Below are positions 41,401-55,630 of a stretch of DNA of 64,000 nt, in pieces. The DNA is from the human T2T-CHM13v2.0 reference genome, Homo sapiens, in the NCBI RefSeq assembly GCF_009914755.1, contig NC_060935.1. The stretch is one strand, 5' to 3'. The position numbers were made by a program, and so were the translations under genes. The notes under the pieces are model-generated. The model searched no databases, had not been told where the DNA came from, and saw only the letters and a list, made by a program, of their open reading frames with translations. Position 1 is the first letter of the stretch. Each line of letters opens with the position of its first letter.

Positions 41401-44400
41401 ACCTATCCTCATGAGAACGCAAGTTTTGGTAAAACATGCTGACTACAAGAGCTTTCGTTTATAGATAAGTGCTCTTCTTTACAAAGATTCCATTTTATTG
41501 ACTCTGAGGCATCTAGTTGAAAAAGTTATTTTTCTTCTAATTCAGAGCTCACATTTCTTAGAGGAAGTTTAGGTAATGACAAACCTTTCCCTGAAGTCTT
41601 TTGAAAACCATAGAAATTTTTACTAAGCAAGAGCACCATTGTTTATAATTTAGTCCATTAACTCTTTTAGATCCCTTGACACAGGTCTGTGGCAGAAGCA
41701 ACCAATAGTACAGTTCTAACAAGGTGAAGTGATTTACGTAATTATGAGATATTGAATAGCAATTTTTAAAAATGAGAGTAGTGTGCTAGATAGGACACTG
41801 AGGCATATTTGAATGTTCTGTCCTTGAATGTCATCTCATTTAAATTCATTCCAAATCAATTTACAGGACCAAAATCCCAATCATTACTACTTCCACTTCC
41901 TCTCTGTAAGTTATGAATGAGGCTTAAGGGGAATATACTACAGATGAAATGACAGAACAGTGGGACTTAGTCAACCCCTCTCTCACAATCACTACCTGAG
42001 ACAGGCTAGGAGTAAGAAATGCAGGGAGGGAACTGGGAAAAGAATTAGAGAAACATTAAAGAAAGTGAACAAACATATTTGCCACTAATGGATTTCTTTT
42101 TCTTCAATGTTCAGGACTATGATTCTCCAATTTTTCAGATATTTTCCTCTCTCAGGGCTGGCTCTGCCTGTTGAATATTTTTCTTCACCAATATTGAGCA
42201 TTTTGCTTTATTTATCATTTCTTATTATTTCCTGCTCAGTCTGAAACACTCATTTTCCATATACATATTTTTCCCTATATTTATTTTTTAAAATAGTGCT
42301 AATTGGTTAAATGCTTCATGAGGAAGAACATTAGGCACATATGAAAATGATGCCACATTTTGTTTACAAAGGTAGAGAAATTGCCTGCTTCACATAATCC
42401 TAGAAGGTATGTAGCAGGCTTACTTGATAACTCTAATTTCATAATAGTTTTGTTATCATGTTTTTTTGCAGGCATGACTTTAACTCTGAGCTAACTTCCA
42501 GGGAGAGGAATCAGTCTGTGAAAATATTGGCTTTCATGTCTGGGAGCAAAGTTAAGTTAAATTGCTGTAACGTAAAGAATATGTATGTTGTCATAGGTAG
42601 GATCAGATTAAAGTTCCTTTAATGTGATGCAGAGAAATTGGAATTTAGGTTGATGTTAGTGAAACCAGGGAAAGATAATAACAATAGATTTTTAATATAC
42701 TGCTTTTTTATGATTTTCACACAATTAGAATAAGATTTTCATCTGCAAATTCTCTAATATGTTCTCTCTCTCTATATATATATACACAGATATACACACA
42801 CACAGTCCTCCTAAGCATAAGATATGTATTTAAGAAGGGCCTTTAGGAAATCCTATTTATGTTATCTTTTTCTGTGACATACATTAGTTGAATATATATA
42901 AAGTAAAAACTTGGATTTAAACAGGAAGGAAGTGGTTGGAATACAAGCATGTAAGGGAGGTGCTTTGAAACTATGAAAGACAGTCTTACTCTTTAATTTT
43001 GCTTTTGTGATACATCTATAGAATATTCTTCTTATAATCCATGATTTTAGTGAAGACACCAGACCAAAATAGCATACATTACCAAATACTGAGGTACTTT
43101 CAATATTTTTTACTTAAAATTTGCTTTCTTTGTTCATTCATTCTTTCTTTCTGCAGGGTATGAATGACATTTTAAGATAAATATCCATCTGTTACTAAGT
43201 TTATCTGTTTCTGTTTTCTAAAGCAATCATTCTGCTATGAAGTGCTCCACTATCTGCAGGGCTCCAAAGTTAATAAATCAATTAGCACCAATTAATCATT
43301 TATATAACTCATGACACTAGGGGGCAAAAAAAAAAAAAGCTCAAGAGTGCATATTACTTCTGGTACTGACAAAGCATATCTAACTAAAACCTAATTCATT
43401 CAAATTTTATTCAGTTGTGATTCATTGACCAAATGTTATGATTTTGGCACAGTTAATGATTAAAGTACAGGATTAAACTTTGGATTTGGGATACAATTTT
43501 AATCCTACTCTCTACTCTTTTTTTTTTTATAATGCAGTGTAATGTGGAAAGGCAACTGAGATATCAATTATAATTATCAATGTTTATTTAGTCTGGATCT
43601 ATGATCACAAAATTATGTTTCTTTTCATTTAACTATGTTCCATGGGACGTTGTTAAAACATCTGATGCTTAAAGAGCATTCAGCCAGATTATTGTAATAT
43701 GTGCTAGTGCTTGACAGTTACTATAATATATTAAATGCTCACGATTAACCTGAGTTTTATTTCTATTTAAGAACCTGTCAAAATTAAGTATACTTTTCAT
43801 TTTTTCTGTGCTAGACCTTTCTTTGATCTTTTTTTTGGTCCTATTGATACAGAAGTTTCATTTCCACAATGGAGTTGGACTAGTCTAGAGTTTACTCTGT
43901 CCCATTGTTCTCAGCAAAAAGCAGCAATATTCAGAAAATACTTAAAGAGTTCATACTCTCTGTTTGAAGGTGGCACTCTAAGGGGTCTTAAACATGAACT
44001 ATCCTAGCTTACTTGAAGAAGAGAGAGGTAATCCCAGAGATTTTTGCCCATTGTTAAACTCTGTGAGGAATCCAATTTTGATGCTTTTTATTATCTTTAT
44101 TTCAATCCAAACAATGAGTCAGTGGCGACCCTCCATTTTAACTCATAAACATTTGGGATTCTCTTAGCCAGGTTTCTTTGACATTGGGAAGAACTAGCAT
44201 AATTGCCATTCAGATAGGCTTTTAGCAATATATTTTGAAGATATTTATTTTTTGTTCCTCTCTCAATATGGTTTATCTTCTAAAAAGAGGCACATATGTT
44301 GATATACTTTGATGAAAAAGAACAGGCAATAGTGGGAACTTTTCTGATTATCTCCATAAATATACAGATTGTAATGAATTTCTATAAGGGAAGTCAAAAT

Positions 44401-44607
44401 GGCACTGATTTTGTTTGTTATGGATAGTTCAAAAGTAATTTTATTTATTAAAATATTGCAGTTCTAAGAGTAAATAGTAAAGACATACAATCACTTTCTC
44501 TCTGACAAGTAGTTGTACATCTGGATATGTTTTTAAATATTTCAGGCCATAGTACATTAATGCTAACAAAAGTGTGAGAATCTCCTTTTAGTATTGTTAA
44601 ATAAGAA

Positions 44608-44658
<51 letters not shown>
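44608..44658. repeat. (TC)n(CA)n microsatellite
   Basis: Read directly from the sequence. Confidence 0.95.
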
Positions 44659-44659
<1 letters not shown>

Positions 44660-45559
44660 TTATTTGTTGGCATCTTCTAGAAATTTCTTTGTGTTCTTTC
44701 AGTTTCTTTATTCTTCAGTTCCACCCCTGCCTCCCACACACAAACCCCACTTAATCCAGCCTTGAGAAAATCAGACTTTACACTGAGCATGTTCTTTCTT
44801 ATAAATTGGGTCACTCAACAGTCAGCTTCTGGGCTATCGTCTCATTTTCTTTGCAAATGCTTTACTCTCCTTTAAAGCTTAAAAATTTCCCAGAGAAGAG
44901 TCCTAAAAATCTTTCAGACCCAAAGCTCAGGATACAAATGGAGCTGAATAGAGTGTGATTTATAATTGGTAGTGCTAAAGCATTTGGTTTTGTGACCATA
45001 GACATCAGCATCCTAACAAGGAGGAAACTGCAAATTCACAGGGCTGGACATCCATTCCTGGTAAGATGTCTTTGCAGAGGTCTTTCTAAGTGACTATTAT
45101 TGAGAATATGGTTCAACCCTCTATTCATAGTCGATGTAGACATTTTTTTGATGAAGCATAAGAGTTCCCTTTTATAAAATTTCATGGATAATTGAAAATA
45201 TAAAAGGAAGTAAATAATTCTTTATAGTCAAAAGCAGATTTCTCAGCATGTTTCAAGGGTTACTAGTTTCAGTAGACATTAATAGGCAATCAACAAACAA
45301 AATGATCCTCTTGAGAGAAGCACTGGTTTAAAAAAAAAAGTTAAGTTTCCTTACTGCAGGAATTTCTATAATCTTGGATATACTCATGTACAAAAACCTC
45401 TAAAGAGTGGATAAATTTACAGAAATTACCAAATTAGTCACCAAAGAACATCTCAGGGGAGCAGGATTATTTGGATTATATTTTAGAAAGTGTTGTTGTA
45501 AATGCTGATGGCACATACTTTTTAAAATGGTGATTCTCACCAGGAGAAGCATCTCTTTC

Positions 45560-45646
45560 TTTTTATTATTTTATTATTATTATACTTTAAGTTTTAGGGT
45601 ACACGTGCACAACGTACAGGTTTGTTACATATGTATACATGTGCCA
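45560..45646 (-). mobile_element. Extremely 5'-truncated young L1PA 3' tail (about 87 bp)
   Basis: ttattatactttaagttttagggtacacgtgcacaacgtacaggtttgttacatatgtatacatgtgcca is the antisense L1PA terminus. Confidence 0.88.
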
Positions 45647-46039
45647 GTGACTTGTCTGAGGACATGCTCACTCTTCATTAATCCTCATCAAAATATTCAA
45701 ATTCATTTGCCTTTACCCTCTGATCATTTTCTATGGAGTGGCCATAACAAAGCAACCTGGAGATTCTGCTTTCTACAGAGACGAACTAAAATGTGTTGAG
45801 GACATCACCTACTTATTCAAGCCCCTAAATGCTGACAAACTATCTTACAAGGCTTTTCTGGTTATGCTTCTCTAGCTGCTTAAAATCATTAAATAATTCA
45901 TAATTGCTATCAGTATAAAATCCTGAAAGATAGAAGTGTTATCTCATATTACTAATATTCTCTTTATTGAGTTTAGTATTATACACATAGTAGGTGATCA
46001 GATGGTAGAATGCTGGGTTAAATCCAAATTAAGCTTCAA

Positions 46040-46350
46040 AACATCCTAACCAGACTTCTTAGATTTAGCGCAAAACCTATCCTCTGTCTCACCCCTTCAA
46101 ACTCGCAGTGCAAATCAGGCACTTGCTGTCCTTTAATAATAACATAGTCATCCTCCACATCATAGAACTTATTCCAGTTTATAAGTGTGTATTTGTTTAT
46201 TGATATGCTTTCCCCCACCCTCTACTGGACAGTAAGTTGCATAAGACAGGATCTATGTCTGTTTTGATCATTTTGTCTTTATACAAAAAAAACCTGGCAT
46301 AGTAACAGGTGCATTGTAGCTATCAAATAATGAAGATTAATGAATAAATA
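46040..46350 (+). mobile_element. L2 3' end
   Basis: tatttgtttattg...ctactggacagtaagttgcataagacagga...cctggcatagt...aatgaataaat. Confidence 0.65.
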
Positions 46351-47779
46351 CATATATCCATGTATATATTGTCTTCATCTGGGTATTTCACTCATGAGAT
46401 CAACCATGTAGCAACAAACCCATGAGATATTAGCTTTCCAAGGGGAAAACATAAGTACTAATCATGACTACTAATCATGGTCCTCCTGAAAGTGCATGCT
46501 ATAGAGAAAAAAATCTGTAAGTAGGGATTTCTGAGAAGGAATCACATTAGAGTATAAATACAAATATTTAGCATTCATCATTATTTCTGATAATAAATTG
46601 CTTTCTTCAAACAAATGCTAATGTGTCCATGATCAGGGTTAGGAATCAATAAGAATAAGACATTTAAATACCTAATATTAAATTATAAGTAAATAAAAAT
46701 ATTTTGTTTAAGGTCACTGGTGACACTCTAGCATTTCTCCACAAGTAGTGAAATTTCCCCCCATTTAATAGAGCAAAAGAATATGATTGTTTAATTAAGT
46801 TAGCCTATAATACAAAATTAGATGTCAGTCATTAAATATAGATATCCTGTCAAAAACTGTATAAACAAAATCTATCAAACATTTTAAAATTTTGGAAATT
46901 TTATCTTCATTTTAATAATTAACAATATTTGATCTAATAGGTTATATAGGTTAATAGATATCTCTATTTTATGATTAACAATCCCCAAAGTATTCAGAGC
47001 AGAGAAGACAAATCTGAGGTTTTAAAGTTTGCCCTGAAAAGAAAATAAACACTTCATTTTTAGGTTAGACTTTAGTTATTGTGGAAGCTTTAGTGGAAAT
47101 GTCCTATAAAACTTGGGTATTAACCTTCTTTAATTTTTGTGTTTTTCCTTTCCATTTTCTGGTTGCAAATTTACATACTAGTACCTTTATTTAATTCAAT
47201 CAAAAGCACTCTGATCCTAACATTAAAATACCCAAAAATTTTAAATGCAATGTACATGATTATGAATTCACTGAGGAGATTTACACTATTCTCATTAATT
47301 TGGGGATTCAGGGAAAGTTAAATGCATAACTTCAGTATTGGCATATTTGACTTGACAATTTTTCTGCTCGACATCTGTAATAGTTGTTAAGTCTACATCT
47401 GATTTTTGATTAAATTATCAGAAATATGCTAAGCTCCAGACTGATCATCATATATACATATACCCACACACATATATATGTGTACACACACATACATATA
47501 CATATATGAAATATAAATGTTATATCTTCTATAGTAAACATAAACACCCTGCTTTGATCTCACATTCTGTGTAGCTACTGTCACCATTTTACAGCACTAA
47601 AAATTATTGTTAAAAACAAGAATCTGCATTTGATCTTATAAACTGTATCTCTCCTTTCTTTGCTACCATGTCCAGTATGGCTTGTCTCACTTTCATTATA
47701 CACAACTTTCTGTTTTCAAGTTTGTCAGTTGTTTACATTTTGCCTTTTTATTTTCATTTTTTGATCTTCATATTGACAT

Positions 47780-48096
47780 ATATCTCAGCAGCAGTTAACC
47801 TATTTGATTCCTTCTTCTTACTTTTTTTTTTTTTTTTTTTTTTTGGTGGGGTTTAGGGTTGACTTTCATGACTTCACACTCTCCTGGTTTTGTCCCTAAA
47901 TGGCTGGCTTCTCTTGTTTCATTGCTGGTTCCTCGTTTTCCATTTGGTCTTTCAATGTCTCATCATTTTTCTTAGTTGAATTAATCCAATGAATCCAATT
48001 ACATGGCTCCCTATAACATCTGTGTTCTAATTATTTCCAAATTTAATTTTACCTGAACCTTTCCCTTAGCCACAGATGGCTTATTACTTTAGCCTC

Positions 48097-48127
<31 letters not shown>

Positions 48128-49050
48128 TTGCCAGTGGAATTAACTTTAATATTACCATAAAAAAGCAACTTCATAATGCACTGTGTTTCACATTACCCTT
48201 GTTTCTCTGTCCTTAAAATGAAGGGCAACATTCACAATTTTAAAATATGAGAACCTGGTAATGAAGACTAAACAATGTATATTCTGGTAATTGAAGTCGA
48301 ATTTTATAGTTGGTCAAAAGTATGTCACTTTTATTTTAATTTTTAAGATGTTTAATTATAATAATTTTAATTGCCACATAAAGATTCTACATATTTGAGT
48401 ACAGTGTGATATTTCAATATATGAATGTAATGTATAAATATCAAATTAAGATAATTAGCAAATATATCATCTCATTTATCATTTCTTTGTGTTGACAACA
48501 TTCAAAATTCATTCTCCTAGTTTTGAAAGTATAAATAAATTGTTGTTTATCATAGTCACCCTATAGTGCTATAGAAAATGAGAATGCATTTTTCCTATTC
48601 AGCTGTACTTGTGTATCTATTAGCCCACCTCTGGCTAACCTCCCTTTCCCCTACTTTTCAACCTTCTAGTAACCACCATCCTACTCTCTACTTCTGTGAG
48701 TAGAACTTTTTTAGCTTTCACATATGAGTGAGAACATGTAGTATTTATCTTTCTATGCTGGCTCATTTTGTTTAACATACCACAAATTCTTAACATCTCA
48801 ACTTGGATGCCCAAGAGAAATTTCAAAATTATCATGGCCAAAATATGCGGCCATTTCAGTAAATTATAGTGACATATACACATTAGCTTAAGACAAAAAC
48901 TTAGAAGTCGTCCTTGGTAACTCTCTTTGCCTCATCATCACCCTTATATTTAATCCGTAAGTAAATCTCTTTAACCTAACTTCCCCAAATCAGTCCAATA
49001 CATATAGTTCTCTTAATTCCAACTGCTACCACCGTAATCCAAGCTGCTGC
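47780..49050 (+). mobile_element. L2 fragments interrupted by (ATT)n and an L1MA
   Basis: gactttcatgacttcacactctcctggtttt..., catctcaacttggatgcc..., aaaacttagaagtcgtccttg. Confidence 0.55.
48330..48779 (-). mobile_element. L1MA (L1MA5-7-like) 3' end
   Basis: ctagtaaccaccatcctactctctacttctgtgag...ttagctttcacatatgagtgagaacatg. Confidence 0.8.
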
Positions 49051-51304
49051 AATTTTGTTAAATGAAGAATTCTGTTTTTAATATTGATTATGAACACTAT
49101 CAAACAATCAGGGCAGGGAAGAAAATAATAAAATTAACTTCATTATAACCACATTCACTTTAATCATTATCAATATTTTGCCACTTTTTAAAATTTTTCC
49201 ACCATTATTTGTGTACCACCCCTTCTTCTCCACTGGAATATTTTATACCAATTACTAGACATACTATGATTCTATTCATTAACACTTTAGAACTTCAAAC
49301 AAAGCATATTGCAATTACAAATTTAAAAAAATAAGAATAATTCATTTATATAATTTAATATACAATCTGTATTTAAGTTCTTTGAGAAATATGACTATTG
49401 ATTTATTTAAATTAAAGTCTAAACATTAAAATTAGTTGACATTTGTCACTTATTCTTTAAGTTGTAAGAGTTCCACCACAGCTCTTAGGTTTTCATCAAG
49501 ATAAGTTATTGAAGAAATAAATAACTGCCAGTGAGATGCTATGATCCTAAGAACCATCTCAATTATATGCACCATGAACACTTTTTCTCTCCCACTTCCA
49601 TCCTTCATCAAAACACAAAAAAGTCGCTATAACTAGTATATACTTCTATTGCTGTACTTAATGTTTTATTATAACTTCTTTGCTTACATAGTAACTTTCT
49701 GTAATATAGTATAAATTGCTTAGAAGGCAATTAAGGTGGGGTGGTGCTAGCCTAACAGGCAGTTCAAATGTAATAACTAATCTCCTATAGTTTCAAGATG
49801 AATAATAGAGGACCTGACTCTGTTCTAGAAGTTAAAATATTAAGGTTTCCTAATTATATAAATACTTCAGATTATTTAGTCATGCCTTTGAATTTTTAAC
49901 TATAATTATATTATCAGGTAAATTGTATAATAAAACCTTTCATCAAGAAATAACATCAGACAAATTTTGATAAACATAAATCTTAATACAGTCTTAATTA
50001 TGCTGACATTTTACTTTCTTAATAAAATTAGATTTCCTGAGGGCTACATCTTCTACAGTCAATTTGTTCTTTATATCTAACTTGAAAAATACTAACATCA
50101 CCAGACAGAAAAGACAGTGCTGTATAATCAGAGCTTTCCATTTTAAATTCCAGAGTTCATATTGCCTGTATGTGTAGAATATGTATACTCAATGATTTTC
50201 TCCTGTCTGTGAATTTCCATTGGATACCCCCTCCCTCACAAACACCAAAAGCAAGATCTTTCCCTCTGGCTTTGCCAGGTTGTTAATTGTCTTTTAAGAA
50301 GCTTGATTCAATTCTGTGTGTGGGAAGTTCCACATATTTTTCTTTTGTCTTCTCAGGCATTGATCAGCCATTCTAAAAGTATCGGATCTTTTTTAACTTT
50401 GTACTAAAGAGTTATATCCTACCCATTCAACTCCCTTTATGTTGCCATGAAATTGATATTTTCATATTCATTTATTTATTTAACAAAATAATACTTGCAC
50501 GGTTGTCTTTTCCTTGGTTTCACTTAAACATGAAACCTCCAACGACCTAAATCATTTTATTTGTCTTTCAAACTGCTTTCTTAAATTTTTCTTCTGACGT
50601 ACTTTCAAAAGAATATGCTTGGAATTGAAAATATTTTGTTCTCCTGATATAAAGCATGCAAAAATAAAACTTATCCTTGCTACTTCTGTTATATATCCTA
50701 TTTATCTTTTCCCTCCTTTATTCTCTTAGGGGCCTTTCAAGAATCTCTTTTAATACTTAGTAAAACAGTAATAATTTGCTTTTGTACGAGTTCTTGTGCT
50801 GCCACTTACCAGCTATTTGGGACAATCTATTTCAAATTATTTGCCTCGTTCTCCATGTGCACATATAAAAAAATCCAGCATAATATCTTCTCTGCTGAAT
50901 ATTAGGGTATATTAAATAATATATGTATAACCCAGTCACTTAACATATCTGTGCTCCCTTCTCTATCTCCTCAACATGACCCCCGTATCTTTCTGCTGCA
51001 CTGTGTTGTGAAAGCCACAGGGACAGTAATCACTCCTTAGGCTCCTTTAAAAATAGGCACTTATTCAGATAAAATACAGCAATAAACCTTCTCTAAGTCT
51101 AAATAAATAAGCTCTGTGGAAATGATAAATAAATTGTTTCCCTTTGTATTTACAATTTGTTGAATCCAGGTCTCCAAATCTTTTCAGTGTCTTAATGCCA
51201 GGCGAGTGTTGGAGTTTTAAGTTGTTTCATCAAGTTGATGTTTAGAATAGATATGTTCCTATTATTCCACCACTTTCTTGAACACTTCTGAGATTAAAAA
51301 AAAC

Positions 51305-51630
51305 AAAATATGTATACATATACATGCATATAAAGAGATATATGCATATATATACATACATAGAGAGCACATAAATACATGTATATTTCCATATAGAGAG
51401 AGAGCAACAAGCTCTTTCTATATATTTACATATAGAAGATGACATATACATTTCTCTACATATAGAAAGATTTCTACATATAGAAAGATTACACATACAT
51501 TTCTCTATCTAGAAAGATAGAGCATAAGCTATTTTGTAGGTATGTAAATATATAGAAAGCATATATAGAAAGCATATATATAGAGAGATGTATGTAAATA
51601 TATAGAAAGCATATTTATATATAGAGAGAG
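51305..51630. repeat. TA/GA-rich low-complexity simple repeat (tatatagaaagca-like units)
   Basis: Read directly from the sequence. Confidence 0.85.
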
Positions 51631-52003
51631 TAAACACATTTAAAAGGATAAAGTAAATAGTCTTCAGTAAGAAGATAATTTAATATTGAATATGTTTCTA
51701 AACTTTCTTGCATGTAGTAAAAATAGAGATTCCACCTATAAATTCCTTAGCAGACTTATCAAAAGGAGAAACACAATATTTCTGAAGAGGAAGAGAATTT
51801 TCTACAGCATTTAGTTAGAAAAACAATTGTCATATAAGACCTTCTTTAGTTGTTTTGAATGATGCTGTGCATAATGTGCTTAATAAAATATTTATAACGA
51901 TAATGTGACTATTTTGTGGTCCTTGGCAATGCAGGTCCTTGGTTGAAACTTTTAAAACTTGAATTTCTAAGAGCCCATTTAGAGATTTTCCACCATAAAC
52001 ATA

Positions 52004-54406
52004 GAGGCCTGTCTTGGAGATATTGTGGGTTGGGCTCCAGACCACTTCAATAAAATGAATATTGACATAAAGTAAAGCACATGAACGTTTTGCTTTCCCA
52101 GTACATATAGAAGTTATATTAATGCTCTACTATAGTCTATTAAGTGTGCAATATCATTATGTCTAAAATGTCTAGGGTTAATTAAAAAATACTTCATTGC
52201 CTAAAAAAAAAAAAGGTAGTAGTGATCATCTAGATTTCAGCAATTCCTAAATCCTGTTTTGCTAGTGGAAAGTTTTACCTCAATGTTGATGGCTGTTGAC
52301 TTATCAGGGTGGTGATTGCTAAAGGTTGGGGTAGTTGTGGCAATTTCTTAAAATAAAACAACAATAAAGTTTGTTTTGTCAATTTACCATTGCTGTAACA
52401 AAAGACTTCTCTTTAACATGAAATACTATTTTATAGCATTATACCCATAGTAAAGCCTCTTTCAAAATTGGAGTTAACTATCTCAAACCCTGCCACTTCT
52501 TTATCAACCAAGTTTATGTAATATTCTAAATCCTTTGCCATCATCTCAGCAGTATTCATAATATCTTTACCAGGAGTAGATTCCATCTCAAGAAATGACT
52601 TGCTTTGCTCCTATATCAGAAGCAACTCTTCATTCATTCATTCCAATTTTATCATAAAGGTGCAAATTCAGTTGCATCTTTAGATTCCACTTCTAATTTT
52701 ATTTTTCTTGCAATCTCCACCACCTCAGACACACCTTCCTCCATTAAAGTATTGAATTCCACAAAGACATCCATGAGGGTTGGAATAAACTTCTCCCAAA
52801 CTCCTGTAAATTTTGTAGTTTACAGGATTCCTCATAATTTGACCTCCCCACTGTGACTTACAAATGTTCTTAATGGCATCCAGAATGGTGAATCCTTTCG
52901 AGGTTTAAAATTTCCTTTGCTCATGTCTATCAGAGGAATCACTGTCTATGGCAATTATAGTCTTATAAAATGTTTTTTTTGAATAATAAGACTCAAAAGT
53001 CAAAATTACTCCTTGATCCCTGGGCTATAGGATGAACGTTGTGTTAGCAGACATAAAAGCAACGTTAATCTCCTTGTACATGTCCATCAGAGTTCTTGGG
53101 TGACCAGGCAGTAATATTTTGCAAGAAATCTTTTGTTCTGAACAGTAGTTCTCCACACAAGTCTTAACATATTCAGGAAACCATTCTGTAAACAGATATG
53201 CTGTCATTTGGGCTTTATTTTTGTATTTTTAACATGCCGGCAGAGTAGATTTAGCATACCTCTTAAGGGCCATGAGATTTTTGAAATGGTCAGTGAACAC
53301 TGGCTTCAACTTAAAGTCACTAGCTGCATTAGTGTCTAACAGGAGAGTCAGCCAGCCTTTTGAATCTTTGAAACCAAGCATTGATTTCTCTTCTCTAGCT
53401 ATGAAAGTCCTCAGTAGCATTTTCTTCTAACAGAAGAATCTGTATTGAAAATCTGTTGTTTAGTGTAGCCACATTCATCAATGGTCTTGCTTAGATCTTC
53501 TGGATAACTTCCTGCACCTTCTCAATCAGCACTTGCTGCTTCACCTTGCACTTTTATGATATGGAGATGGCTTCTTTCCTTAAATCTTATGAACCAAACT
53601 CTGCTAGCTTTCCTCTGAAGCTTCAGCACCTCTCTCAGCCTTCACAGTATTGAAGAGAGTGAGGGCCTTGCTATGGATTAGATTTTGATTTAATAGAACA
53701 TTGTGGCTGGTTTGATCTTCTATCCAGATCATTAAAACTTTCTCCATATCAGCAATAAGGTTGTTTCACTTTCTTATCATTTGTGTATTCACTGGAGTAG
53801 CACTTTTAATTTCCTTCAAGAACATTTCTTTTGCATTCACAACTTTGCTATCTCTTTGACACAAGAAGCCTTTCAGTCTAACTAGGCTTTTGACATGCCT
53901 TTCTTACTAAGCTTGCTTATTTTTAAGTTTCGATTTAAAGTGAGATACATGGGACAGTTCCTTTCATTTGAATATTTAGATGCCTTTGTTGGGTTACTAA
54001 TTAGTCTAATTCCAATATGACTGCTTCTGAGGAAGAGGAAGGCCCAAGGAGGGGGAGAAAGACAAGGGAACAGCTAGTTGGTCGAGCAGTCAGAAACCCA
54101 CATTTGTTAGTTAATTTTGCATTCAGTCTTCCATGGTGTGGTTTGTGGCAACCCAAAATAATTACAATAGTAACATCAAAGACCACTGACTACAGATCAC
54201 TATAATGGAAATAATAATCATGAATAAGTTTGAAATATTGTGAGAATTAACCAAAGTGTGACACAAACAGAAGTGAGCCTATACTGTTAGTAAAATGGCA
54301 CTGATAGGCTTGCTTGATGCATAGTTGCTACAAACTTTCAATTTTTAAAAAATGCAACACTTGTAAAGTGCAATAAATCAAAATGAAATAAAATGAGGTA
54401 TGCCTG
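52004..54406 (-). mobile_element. Tigger1 DNA transposon, near full length (about 2.4 kb), with a decayed pogo-type transposase
   Basis: Both termini present (right ...aaaatgaggtatgcctg|TA; left TA|gaggcctgtcttggagatattg) with TA flanks. Minus-strand ORF remnants [15 protein letters not shown]...LTLLL...DFKLKP and MTAYLFTEWF...YCSE...PGHPRTLM match Tigger1/TIGD1 transposase. Confidence 0.93.
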
Positions 54407-55317
54407 TATTTGAGAATAAAACTGATAACTTTGTACTGAGCTTCTTCAAACAAGTTAATATGTTGACATACACAAGCCTACTGAACTAAATACAACTCTC
54501 GAATCACGTAAGAATGTTTAGAAATTCTTGTAGTGTTTTCTAAACAATCTTGAAACTATATAATGAACTGAATTCAAGATTTCTATACTAAAATGTACGT
54601 GCTATATTTAAATAAAACACATATATATTCAAATCAAAGGTTCTTTTATTTTGTAGAACTATAGAACAGGGACTAATAGAGGCCCCCTTTTTTATAGCTT
54701 TTTACCACTTCTGAAGCAAAACATGTGTTAAATTTTGTAAAGGTAATTTTAAAAATTAGTTTCAGTCTAGTCTGTGAAACTAAAGTGAAAAGCCTTTTAC
54801 AATTTTTTACGGATACCTTTTGCATATATTATTATATCATGACATTTTAATGCAAGAATCTGGATATTTGCTATGACAAAAACTACCAAAAAATAGAGCT
54901 TTATCCTTAAACAAACGTTTCACCTTTTTATGTACATATGCTATATTTTACTGTCTTGCTTTCATAAAAAAAATAAATAGGCTAAGCTTTGTTAGCTGGC
55001 AGAGACACAGTATTGAGCTATTTGTGTTGCTTGTTTTTCTTAAGACTAATTACTTATAATCAATGAGGTTTTTATAGGGCCACTTCTTTAAGAGAAGGAA
55101 CTAGTACATTTCCTCCATGAGCTCAAACATTACACAAACACACATGCACACACCGCAAGATGTGCATAGGCAATTCATAGACGAAGATATTAAAGCTGAA
55201 ATCACATTTATAAATATATACATAAAGTTATTCAATCTGTGTTGCCCAAATGAAAGGAATAAGGTCATAATTTTTCAACTATTAAGATGAGAAAATTAAA
55301 ATAGTAATAATGAACTA

Positions 55318-55630
55318 CTAGATATACACCTGTAAAAGAATGGATTTGGACTATATCACACTATATTAAAAATTAGCTCCAAATGTTAATAGGCATAAAT
55401 ATAAGTGATAAAACTATACAATTATAAGAAGAAAACATGGAAATAAATCTTCATGACCTTGGATTAGGTACTGGTTTCTTAGGACATAAAAAGCATAAGT
55501 GAGAGTGACTGCTATTGGGCACATACTTTCTTCCTGGGGTGATAAAAGTTTTCTAAATATTAATATACTAAATTGTACACCTTAAATATGTTACTTTTTG
55601 GTATGTATATTTTATTTTAATAAAGTTGTT
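55318..55630 (+). mobile_element. L1MB-like element with a large internal deletion
   Basis: ORF2-end sequence (aaactatacaattataagaagaaaacatgg...aaatcttcatgaccttggattagg) is joined at about 55500 to the terminal 3'UTR (gagtgactgctattggg...aataaagttgtt). Confidence 0.6.
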
